This document shows, one piece after another, positions 53,786 to 61,875 of a stretch of DNA of 64,000 nucleotides (position 1 is the stretch's first letter; the number at the start of each line of letters is the position of its first letter). The notes beneath the pieces are model-generated. The model searched no databases. It saw only the letters and a list, made by a program, of their open reading frames with translations, and had not been told where the DNA came from. Location: the sequence record MZ475895.1, one strand, 5' to 3'. The position numbers and the translations under genes were made by a program.

Positions 53786-54361
53786 TTAGTCGATGGTTAA
53801 TTGCATCTGACGCAGAGTTTTGAGAAAATGTCTGCGTTGGAAAGATTCGATGCGGTACGGATGATCGATATGTTTGTTCCAGCCCTGATTAAATAGCATA
53901 ATGTTGTCGGGCAATTTCTCGGCACCATTCCACTTCGGTTTATCATCTACAAGCAGGTAATTGCCTGCACCATGAACCGAATCAAGGAACGCAATTTTAT
54001 CAGGGTAAATCATTGGACTAATCACATGGAAGTGGTCTATCACGTGGAGAAGTCCGCGCATCGCTAGACGCGAGTAACGAGTCCCAAGTTCGTGATAGCC
54101 GCGATGAGTGCAAACACCAACAGAGTAACCCTGCTGCACAAGATACTCCAGTGTGCCCTTTGCGTACTGACGCATACGCGCATCGAGCATGAACGTCGGA
54201 CTGTTCAGTATCTCACTGAAATGAATACCACCATTCTCAGGCGTAATGTATTCACCTTCACCGATAGTAACTCCTTTGTCAGCGAGTTTCTTACGCATCA
54301 CAGGGTGGGTCTCGAAAAACGTATCATCCAAATCGAAAAAGATTTTCTTTAGCTTTTGCAT
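53786..54361 (-). CDS. HAD-superfamily 5'(3')-deoxyribonucleotidase-like protein
   Basis: IFFDLDDTF, VCTHRG, DK, LLVDDKP. Confidence 0.8.
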   Translation of the reverse strand: MQKLKKIFFDLDDTFFETHPVMRKKLADKGVTIGEGEYITPENGGIHFSEILNSPTFMLDARMRQYAKGTLEYLVQQGYSVGVCTHRGYHELGTRYSRLAMRGLLHVIDHFHVISPMIYPDKIAFLDSVHGAGNYLLVDDKPKWNGAEKLPDNIMLFNQGWNKHIDHPYRIESFQRRHFLKTLRQMQLTID

Positions 54362-54696
54362 TAATGCCTCGTGCTGTTAAAGAGCATGGGAATGTCGTTG
54401 ATATGTCCGAGATTGAGAAGTAGGTCTGTGTGTAGCAGGCGCATCTCATCCGCGTTGCAAATGACAATGACTTCTTGCAGTGGGTCAATTAAGAACCGAG
54501 GCACCTCAAGCAATTCGACGGTCATGCCGTCATCAAGCTCATCAACAAGGTGCGCACCCTCCATCCATGTTCTACCTTCAGCATCATCTTTCAAATGACC
54601 GATAAAGTATTCGTCATCCAGCTCTATCATCATTAGTGCTGTGTGATCAATTTCTAGATCATCAAATTCAAAATGAAAGTCATCGTCGTTGCACAT
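54361..54696 (-). CDS. Acidic hypothetical protein
   Basis: 111 aa, Asp/Glu-rich. Confidence 0.55.
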   Translation of the reverse strand: MCNDDDFHFEFDDLEIDHTALMMIELDDEYFIGHLKDDAEGRTWMEGAHLVDELDDGMTVELLEVPRFLIDPLQEVIVICNADEMRLLHTDLLLNLGHINDIPMLFNSTRH

Positions 54697-54698
54697 GG

Positions 54699-55289
54699 CT
54701 ATGCCCTCAGGTCAACCAATATAGATCCGCTTAGGTCACGCAGCATCTCTCGACCAAGAGGCGTGTACATGATTTGATGCACAGCAATACGTTCGAGGAA
54801 CTGTTTGCTGGAATGCACATCGTGTCCTGTACGCTTTCGAACAAACTCTATGATCGAGGGAGCAGGTTGAATGAGGAACGTCAGTATCTCCGCATCGTGG
54901 AGAACACTACCCATGTCAGTGATTGGCTTTAGCTCAGTCTCCTGATCAAGGATATATCGGATAACGCGTTCCTCGTTACCAGTTTTAGGATTATGCTTAA
55001 AGAAGGTGCGAGCAGATTCAACCATAAGTTTGAAATCATACTCGTCATCCGCAGTAGGCATTCTGAGAAAGAGAGCAGCAAGCAACAAATTTATTTCCAC
55101 CTGTGGACCACGTTCAATGTTGAGCATCGCGTGTGCGGTGAGCACTACATCAAGCGCATAGTCACGGGTATACAGAGGATGAGAGGCTACTGTTCTGTCA
55201 AAATAGTCAAGGGCTGTGCGAAGTCCGTGACGAGATAACAGGTGCTCTGCCTTAACACGAGCTAGGCGTTGCACCCTAGTCTTCTCCAC
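54699..55289 (-). CDS. Degenerate HD-domain-like protein
   Basis: HPLYTRDYALDVV...LLAALFLR...VLHDAEIL follows the HD fold pattern, but the HD dyad is replaced. Confidence 0.45.
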   Translation of the reverse strand: MEKTRVQRLARVKAEHLLSRHGLRTALDYFDRTVASHPLYTRDYALDVVLTAHAMLNIERGPQVEINLLLAALFLRMPTADDEYDFKLMVESARTFFKHNPKTGNEERVIRYILDQETELKPITDMGSVLHDAEILTFLIQPAPSIIEFVRKRTGHDVHSSKQFLERIAVHQIMYTPLGREMLRDLSGSILVDLRA

Positions 55290-56250
55290 CGATCTCTTTG
55301 AGGCTATTCTTGATTGCTTTGCGCAGCGTCTTGCCTACGTCAATGCCATCAACATGTTTTGCGAACACATGCGCAAACAGCGTCGTCGGATTTTTCATGA
55401 TTGCTTTATCGAGGTCAGGACGACCCTCAGCGATTTGCATTTCACCAGGCCACAGTTCAGCAACGGCGGAGCTATCGTTAGCGGCGATAAGCTCAAGCTC
55501 GCGTACTGAGATAGAGTTCTGGCGGGCAATCGTTCGGAAGATGAGGTCAACGAACGGCAGGAGATCTTCTGACACAACGTTCTTAACGTCTTTGGCATCG
55601 CCAGCACGTTGAAAGTCTTCCATGAGATCTGTCAGGACTTTCTTGTCGATCTTATGCACGTTGCGCAGTTTGTTGAACAACACCATCCAGCGAACTTTAC
55701 GCTTGGAACTAATCAGGTGCGTCCACACACTTTCACCGAGAGCAATCAGCAAACGATTGTACACGTCAACTGAAACCGACTCACGGCTAACGAACACGGT
55801 CAGCTCATCATGCCACTCGTCTTTCTTAAACTTAGAACGGAACGAGTGTGTCTTGGAGCCTGACTGCTGGACAAAGTTGATGCGCTTGCAACGGCGCAGT
55901 GCTTCATGCAGCTTGTACTTCTCGATCACTTTCGGGAGTCGCTTCACTCCCTTACGACATGCTTTGGCGCAATCGGTTTCACGACCGTAGAGCGCGAGAG
56001 AAGGAAGGCCAGACATTACAGCGAGGCTCGCGTAAGGTCGGACAGTAACTCCACAAACAGACATGCCGGGTTCAGGGTCTTTGCCCAGTACGGCAAGAAC
56101 ATCGCCTGCTTTAGGACTGAACTTAATTGACTCTGGGTCAGGAGTACCGAGTGTTGCAGCCAGAAGGCCGACGGTCTTGCCTGTCGCCAGAACCAAATGA
56201 TTTTTGTTGCCCTGCCTCACGACAAGGTAATCTTGCTCACTATGTTTCAT
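55276..56250 (-). CDS. Hypothetical protein, possibly an inactive zincin-like metallopeptidase fold
   Basis: LLIALGESVW and KNPTTLFAHVFA sit where HExGH and NxxExFAExF usually occur. Confidence 0.4.
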   Translation of the reverse strand: MKHSEQDYLVVRQGNKNHLVLATGKTVGLLAATLGTPDPESIKFSPKAGDVLAVLGKDPEPGMSVCGVTVRPYASLAVMSGLPSLALYGRETDCAKACRKGVKRLPKVIEKYKLHEALRRCKRINFVQQSGSKTHSFRSKFKKDEWHDELTVFVSRESVSVDVYNRLLIALGESVWTHLISSKRKVRWMVLFNKLRNVHKIDKKVLTDLMEDFQRAGDAKDVKNVVSEDLLPFVDLIFRTIARQNSISVRELELIAANDSSAVAELWPGEMQIAEGRPDLDKAIMKNPTTLFAHVFAKHVDGIDVGKTLRKAIKNSLKEIGGED

Positions 56251-56261
56251 AACAACCCTAG

Positions 56262-56774
56262 TTAACGAGGAATGTAATCAGAGACGTTAGCTTCCTTAGC
56301 GTCTGCTGTACGGTGGCGAATCAGGCGGCTAGTTGTATCTGCTGGTGGGAAGCAGACAATAGGCTTGACGACCATGACTGTCAGTTGTTGCGGCCACATG
56401 TCGTGATCGATCATACGCGAGGCAATAATATGTGCGGCGCGTTCTGCATCTTCACGTAAATGGTCAAACTCCAACAGCAACACCTGAGGCTTCTGATCAA
56501 TCTCGTTAACAGCATGATCAAGTTCCATCAGGTTCGTAGCAACATAGCTTCGGCAAGGCAGCGTTCCAGAGTAATCACGCGGTCCGATATAGACAACGTT
56601 CTCTGGGTCAACATCATCGATTGCATTGCAGATGAAATCAGGGACGAACTTGCCCAAGTCCCCTTCCAGTGCGACAAAAGACATATCAAAAGGATCGTGC
56701 CTCATAACGGTCATGACAGCACGTCCATAGCCAGACAGATAGTTCATCAGTCTGTATACGAGATCACTATGCAC
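56262..56774 (-). CDS. Hypothetical protein
   Basis: 170 aa; GAGG RBS. Confidence 0.55.
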   Translation of the reverse strand: MHSDLVYRLMNYLSGYGRAVMTVMRHDPFDMSFVALEGDLGKFVPDFICNAIDDVDPENVVYIGPRDYSGTLPCRSYVATNLMELDHAVNEIDQKPQVLLLEFDHLREDAERAAHIIASRMIDHDMWPQQLTVMVVKPIVCFPPADTTSRLIRHRTADAKEANVSDYIPR

Positions 56775-56785
56775 GTTAACCTCTT

Positions 56786-56941
56786 TTAGAATGCGGGAGT
56801 GTAGGTGTATTTGCGCTTCTTCAACTTCGCTGCCGCGTGTTCACGGTCTAAGTCGTCGAAGATACCTACCCGTCGGTGGTAACGAAATTTCGGATGAACG
56901 GAAATATGTTTGACGATAGCACTTACGGGTTCGGTAGGCAT
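56786..56941 (-). CDS. Small basic protein missed by the ORF track (MPTEPVSAIVKHISVHPKFRYHRRVGIFDDLDREHAAAKLKKRKYTYTPAF)
   Basis: 51 aa; GAGGTG RBS; fills the intergenic gap exactly. Confidence 0.6.
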   Translation of the reverse strand: MPTEPVSAIVKHISVHPKFRYHRRVGIFDDLDREHAAAKLKKRKYTYTPAF

Positions 56942-56952
56942 ATATCACCTCG

Positions 56953-57969
56953 TTACTTGTACTGTCCCGTCACAACAAAGACGAGAGAATCAGGTTTCTT
57001 CCGCCCGTTAACAATGAGATACTTGAACGGACGTGTGGGTTCAAGCTGGCCTTCGACCACTTGAGTGATTGCAATATCTTTGACTTCACCAAAGGTCAGA
57101 GCGTTGTCCATCTGATCGAAGGAGAAGGCATTTGAAAGCGAAACAGAGTTGTGAGACTCTACCGTAATACCTTCAGGCTTCTTGGAGGCACTACGTTTCG
57201 AGTCCAGCCACTTCTGCCAATCGAACATCGCATGGTTCATTGAACGAGAGACGAGCGAACGGGGCACTTTCCCTTTCAACGATTTGCGAAACTCGGTCAC
57301 AACTTCCGACACAGGAGGACCAGCATTAACGCGACGACGATCTTTCAGAATCGTGCGCATCTTATCAGACCAGTAGTTGTAGGCATCAACTCGAATCTGA
57401 ATGTATTCTTCAAGGCGCTGAGCCTGTTCGAGGGTACACTCAATTTCGAACGTCACCTGACTTCCACGTTCTGTACCGTTGTGTTTGATAGCAGCTTTCT
57501 CTGCTTTCGTCTCGCTGATCAGTTTTTCTTTTACACACGCCGCCCATGCATATGCAAATGTGAGACGCATGTCAGGATAACGGTTCATCACCTGCACGCG
57601 TGTTTGAAGCAACAACGGAATGGCATAGCCCAGATGACAACGACGATCAATAAAGGCAGAACGGAGTTCTCCAATATCTTTGTCCAGCTCGTTGAGGTCA
57701 TTGAACAAATAACCCGAGTCACGGTACGACTGAGAAATGTGGTTACCTTCACGAAGTACATCGTCGATGGTCAAACCTTTTTCAACGATGCTGTTGTATG
57801 CTTCTTCCAAAGTAACATCAGGCCAAGTGCGATAACCTGTTTGGTCTAAAGTAAGATGACGGAAGCAATACAATTCATACATGTGCAAAAAGTCCGCGAA
57901 TGGCAGACTTTTGGGATATACGAATTTTTTAATCACCTTCTTCGGTTTGATAACTGCTTTCTTGATCAT
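56953..57969 (-). CDS. Protein with a C-terminal TnpB/Cas12f-like WED-REC lobe and no RuvC
   Basis: TFEIECTLEQAQRL...RVDAYNY has the same TxEQ...L...YN spacing as HTH_OrfB_IS605; ends exactly where RuvC-I would begin. Confidence 0.5.
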   Translation of the reverse strand: MIKKAVIKPKKVIKKFVYPKSLPFADFLHMYELYCFRHLTLDQTGYRTWPDVTLEEAYNSIVEKGLTIDDVLREGNHISQSYRDSGYLFNDLNELDKDIGELRSAFIDRRCHLGYAIPLLLQTRVQVMNRYPDMRLTFAYAWAACVKEKLISETKAEKAAIKHNGTERGSQVTFEIECTLEQAQRLEEYIQIRVDAYNYWSDKMRTILKDRRRVNAGPPVSEVVTEFRKSLKGKVPRSLVSRSMNHAMFDWQKWLDSKRSASKKPEGITVESHNSVSLSNAFSFDQMDNALTFGEVKDIAITQVVEGQLEPTRPFKYLIVNGRKKPDSLVFVVTGQYK

Positions 57970-59659
57970 TGCGTTCTCGCTGGAGTTTGGCGGCTATTTT
58001 GAGATATTCTCTATTTACAGTTTCTGGGTCTGTAGCGAACCCTCGCTTAGTGAAAAGGTTACGCTTGACCTTACCCATGCTATAGCCGTTATCCCAGAGT
58101 TTCATGAATATCAGACAGTTTAACGTCGGGTCCATGAATGGTTTTTCTTTCAGAGCAACGTCACCAGAATACTTGGTCAGCAGGATAGCGCCGTCGAACT
58201 CTGCGCTACACCACTCGGCCTCAGCTAAGACCTTGAGCAGGTTGTAATTCTCCATACCCTGAATCAAATGACTAAGGATGGTATACTGGTCACGCTTGTA
58301 CCGAGCAACAGGAACTCGATGCGAACACCCCGAAGCATTTTTGAAGAAGTGATCTGTCGTGCGAGAATAAGAGGCGTTCTTAATTCTCAGGCACAACTCC
58401 TCAACGACAAGAGATGCAGGCTCGAACATAGCCTTCCACTTACCCCAGATGCGGGTGGCATAGTTCTTGATTTCTTCCTCTGTCATTTTGTACTTCTTGC
58501 CTACGTTTTGTACCTTAGTGTCAGATACAAGTTGACGGAAAATATCCGTCATCATAGCGCCGGGATCTTCCTTTTCCGAAGAGGTATCAAACGTCTGTTT
58601 GAAATACCTCTGATTACTCCACCCGCTATATATGCCGCCGTAGTTCAAAGTCTTGGACGTGCCCCTCGTGATCTTTAGCGTCTTCGCCACGTAGTCATGG
58701 TCAAGATGTTCAAGCATCGGACATTCGAGGCCGTACTCCGACATGAGGTCTAGCAGCAAAACAATCTGAGCATTCGGCATATCAAAGTTACGACCATAAG
58801 AGTGATCGAAACATAGCAGCTTAACAATCTTCGGCAGTGCAGCCGCTGTACCGAATAGACGACTACCAACATGGTTCATCGAATACTCGTCGTAGAACTC
58901 CACCAGCCTATCATTCGGGTTATCGTTGACAAGACGTAACCCAAAGCGGCAAATCTTCTTCAGGAAAGAATCAAGGCGCATGTGCAAACCGTAACGTCGG
59001 TTAGTACGAGCGTTCTCCTTAATGTCCAAGAAGCGGTCCAAATAAAATCTATAGGGACGCTGATTAGCCTGAGCACGATTGATAAGCTCAATCACTTCCC
59101 TGTTCTTGCTTTTGTGGTAGATAAAGTTATGAGGGCGTCTAAACGGCTTCGCCTTCACTTCTTTTTCAAAAGCGGCAGCAACCAAGTCATCCTGTGACTG
59201 AAAAATCGCCCTGCGACGATTCGGCTTCAACAAATTGTACATGGGCTCCTCAAGAGCACACAAATCTGCTAAAGTTTGGGCAAGAACGGTGTTAAGCGAA
59301 TACTTACGGGCGATCCCCTTAATGTAATCAAAGCGGGTTTTGTTCACCTTACGGTCTAACCACAAGCGAACACCGTCATTTTTCTGACGAACCATCGCAT
59401 AACGCATCTTTTCATGAGCCCGCATGTAACTATAGGTCACTACGGTTTCATTATAGACGTTTCGTTTCTCCATCATGCGGGATTTATCGATCAAATGGAT
59501 GAAAAACCACGCCAAACTTTCGTAAAACTTATCTGATTTAGCGCCTTTCGGCTTGGGGCACTGATAAATCATGTCCCAGAAATACTTATGAAAGGATTTA
59601 GGTACCGCGCCCGCCCATCCTGGGGGCACAGCTTTCTTCCCGTACACGGGTTTGGCCAT
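57929..59659 (-). CDS. Divergent PolA/T7-RNAP-superfamily polymerase (TV-Pol-like)
   Basis: GSRLF, NFDMPNAQ (motif A), RGTSKTLNYGGIY (motif B), LIQGMEN, AEFDGAIL (motif C) in canonical order. Confidence 0.6.
   Translation of the reverse strand: MAKPVYGKKAVPPGWAGAVPKSFHKYFWDMIYQCPKPKGAKSDKFYESLAWFFIHLIDKSRMMEKRNVYNETVVTYSYMRAHEKMRYAMVRQKNDGVRLWLDRKVNKTRFDYIKGIARKYSLNTVLAQTLADLCALEEPMYNLLKPNRRRAIFQSQDDLVAAAFEKEVKAKPFRRPHNFIYHKSKNREVIELINRAQANQRPYRFYLDRFLDIKENARTNRRYGLHMRLDSFLKKICRFGLRLVNDNPNDRLVEFYDEYSMNHVGSRLFGTAAALPKIVKLLCFDHSYGRNFDMPNAQIVLLLDLMSEYGLECPMLEHLDHDYVAKTLKITRGTSKTLNYGGIYSGWSNQRYFKQTFDTSSEKEDPGAMMTDIFRQLVSDTKVQNVGKKYKMTEEEIKNYATRIWGKWKAMFEPASLVVEELCLRIKNASYSRTTDHFFKNASGCSHRVPVARYKRDQYTILSHLIQGMENYNLLKVLAEAEWCSAEFDGAILLTKYSGDVALKEKPFMDPTLNCLIFMKLWDNGYSMGKVKRNLFTKRGFATDPETVNREYLKIAAKLQRERNDQESSYQTEEGD
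58012..58020 (-). promoter_or_regulatory. CTGTAAATA motif upstream of the TnpB-lobe gene
   Basis: 43 nt upstream of 57969, inside the upstream CDS. Confidence 0.5.
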
Positions 59660-59693
59660 CTTGGAACCTCAAAAAGCTCGTTCTCTTGGCTGA

Positions 59694-59702
59694 TCTTTAC
59701 AG
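59694..59702 (-). promoter_or_regulatory. CTGTAAAGA variant upstream of the divergent polymerase
   Basis: 35 nt upstream of 59659. Confidence 0.45.
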
Positions 59703-59715
59703 AATCCTGCTTGTT

Positions 59716-59955
59716 CTACGTCAGAGACTCAAATTCTATCAGATAGTTGATTAGGTTAGGTAGATTAGGTATGGCATAGCATCTTATGCAGCATGAGCGC
59801 ACTATATTCACACGGAATACAGCCTTCTCTCCCAAATCCCTAGCGCCTAGACGCATATCCCTAGCCCACAGACATATCGTAGGGGTCGAAAACGCGAAAA
59901 CCGCTTTAGCATGGTTATTTGGTGCCAATTCAGCGGAATTGATTTCTAAGCGCAC
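59716..59955 (-). CDS. Possible small ORF (may be non-coding)
   Basis: 79 aa with a GTG start and weak RBS; region rich in short TAGG/CCTA repeats. Confidence 0.25.
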   Translation of the reverse strand: MRLEINSAELAPNNHAKAVFAFSTPTICLWARDMRLGARDLGEKAVFRVNIVRSCCIRCYAIPNLPNLINYLIEFESLT

Positions 59956-60001
59956 TTTGAGACTATTCTTATTGCCGTAGGTCGATTCTGTAGGAAAGTG
60001 G

Positions 60002-60661
60002 TTATTTTTTGCGCGAAATTTGCTGATTCAGTTTTTTGCCGATCTGCGTCAAAACGCGCTCAACGGTCTCTCCGTCACGCTCACCGATAGCCATAGCGAG
60101 CCTTTCGCCCTGTTCACGCGATAGCTCAGGCATAATCAGCTTGAGCATCTTTGATCGCGCCTTTGCAGACTTTGATTTGCCTTTTGACAGCGATTGCGTT
60201 TCCATTTCGGCAGCAACACGGCTCATTGTGCGCTGCACGCGACGATCTGCGAATATATCACCGAAGATATTGCCAAACAGGTCTTGGAACGAGCGTCCGC
60301 CACCAAATATCTCGTCCTTAGTGAAGCGCACTTCCTTTCCTAGCGCATTACGCTTAACGCTGTGCGTGCTTTCCACTTCGTTTTGGACGCGTGCACCTTC
60401 GATGAAGTTCTCATCAGGCCGTGATTTCTTACCTTCAGCACCGGGCTTAGTGACGCCGTTACGCAGCTCAGCACGCCCCTCAACAGCCGCATCAGGGTCA
60501 AACATGTCATCAGTGTTGACGCTCTGATTAGGGTCAAAGGGAATCTTGTCTGTCAGCTTGTTTTCATCTGGCCACGAACGAGGGATATCCGACGCAGGTT
60601 GAGGGCTATTCGTCATATCACCGTTCTTCTCGCTGTTCAGACTCACATAAATCTTGGTCAT
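60002..60661 (-). CDS. Putative head-associated protein with an SxS-type leader
   Basis: MTKIYVSLNSEK; internal QSLSK; low-complexity N-half. Confidence 0.55.
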   Translation of the reverse strand: MTKIYVSLNSEKNGDMTNSPQPASDIPRSWPDENKLTDKIPFDPNQSVNTDDMFDPDAAVEGRAELRNGVTKPGAEGKKSRPDENFIEGARVQNEVESTHSVKRNALGKEVRFTKDEIFGGGRSFQDLFGNIFGDIFADRRVQRTMSRVAAEMETQSLSKGKSKSAKARSKMLKLIMPELSREQGERLAMAIGERDGETVERVLTQIGKKLNQQISRKK

Positions 60662-60670
60662 TTGTTTCTC

Positions 60671-61777
60671 CTAGAGAATTTTAAAGCCCTTGAAAATGTT
60701 ATACGCGTATTCTTTGCGCTGCACGGCACGGGTGGTGCACACCCATTCCCATTGATCGTTCTTTGCTGTGCGCTTCTTCGGCGCTTCCATCACTTTCAGC
60801 ACATAGTTTTTGAAAGGCAGAACCAGCAGATCTTCAGGCTCAAGCGGACCGCAACGCGCAGGCAGAACAACTGTCAGGTTACCTACAGTCAGTTCCTGAT
60901 CGTAATCCAGCACGTTTGCTTCTTCGCTGATATTGCCTTTGACGTAAGGCACGCCCAGATCGAATATCATTGTGGCATGTGTGAAAGCCTCAACGCCACC
61001 GATTCTGATCGTTACGTTCTTGCCACGAAACTTATCCAGCGTTTCCGCTTTCAACTCGACCGCTACGCCGTTCAGCATCAGCATAGGACGTGGGAAAGCA
61101 GGAAGCACTTTCTCATTCAATCTGACCGAATAAGTCGCCTGCGTAAAGTATTTTGGAATAAGCTGATCGAACTCAACGAAGCCGTCTTTGCGTACCTGAC
61201 GGAACGTTGAAGGGCTGGTGGACTGATCGTATGTGTAGCCTTCAATGCGTAGCGCATGGTGCTGCATCATAACGTTGTACACGAAGCCTGTGCTAATGAA
61301 TCCAGGCACAATGCCTTGACGAAAGCACACAGCACAGTTGGCGTTGTTACCGCCATCCCATTTGACGCTCATCTCTTCTTCGGTGTCGCCCATGAGGTCT
61401 GCTGCGCTCAGCGTTGCGTTTTCGCCTTCGTCGAGGTCATCAAGGCTAACCGTTTGACGTCCACCACCAAACATGCCTTTCGACACAGTGTTCAGCTTGA
61501 CGTTGCCCTGAGTGCCGAGGCTTGAACGGCCAACGCTTTTCATTCCACCCAAGTTGGAATCAAAGTCGTCGTTGACTGTTTTGTTGCAACTGCACGTCAG
61601 ACCGAATTTTGCTTTCTTGAATATGATAATGTCCGTAGCGTCAACAGCTAATGCCTGTTCTACCTTGGACTTGACCACTTCCTGAATGGAGTCGAGGCGC
61701 TGCTGCACTCGCTTTGTCTCGTAGGTCTTGTGGCGATCATATTTATTACGGGGTTTGCCACGTTCAATCCAGCTCAT
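60671..61777 (-). CDS. Putative head-completion / neck protein
   Basis: CSC...CAVCFRQG Cys motif and beta-rich C-terminus, as in head-tail joining proteins of large phages. Confidence 0.45.
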   Translation of the reverse strand: MSWIERGKPRNKYDRHKTYETKRVQQRLDSIQEVVKSKVEQALAVDATDIIIFKKAKFGLTCSCNKTVNDDFDSNLGGMKSVGRSSLGTQGNVKLNTVSKGMFGGGRQTVSLDDLDEGENATLSAADLMGDTEEEMSVKWDGGNNANCAVCFRQGIVPGFISTGFVYNVMMQHHALRIEGYTYDQSTSPSTFRQVRKDGFVEFDQLIPKYFTQATYSVRLNEKVLPAFPRPMLMLNGVAVELKAETLDKFRGKNVTIRIGGVEAFTHATMIFDLGVPYVKGNISEEANVLDYDQELTVGNLTVVLPARCGPLEPEDLLVLPFKNYVLKVMEAPKKRTAKNDQWEWVCTTRAVQRKEYAYNIFKGFKIL

Positions 61778-61796
61778 ATTAATCTCCTTTGTTGCT

Positions 61797-61806
61797 CTGA
61801 AATTAT
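61797..61806 (-). promoter_or_regulatory. Candidate late-type motif ATAATTTCAG
   Basis: 20 nt upstream of 61777 in the divergent intergenic region. Confidence 0.4.
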
Positions 61807-61875
61807 TGTGCTGTTTCCGTGCCTTTCACATCAAAAATATTTATTTAGTAGCACAATGAAAATACGGAGTTTCAT

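Noticed and set aside
53626-53823. 65-aa plus-strand ORF in the non-coding gap
   Set aside because: No RBS, crosses the inverted repeat and overlaps the end of the minus-strand nucleotidase gene
59749-59771. TTAGG repeats as telomere-like sequence
   Set aside because: Only three imperfect copies at an internal position; kept only as a possible binding-site cluster
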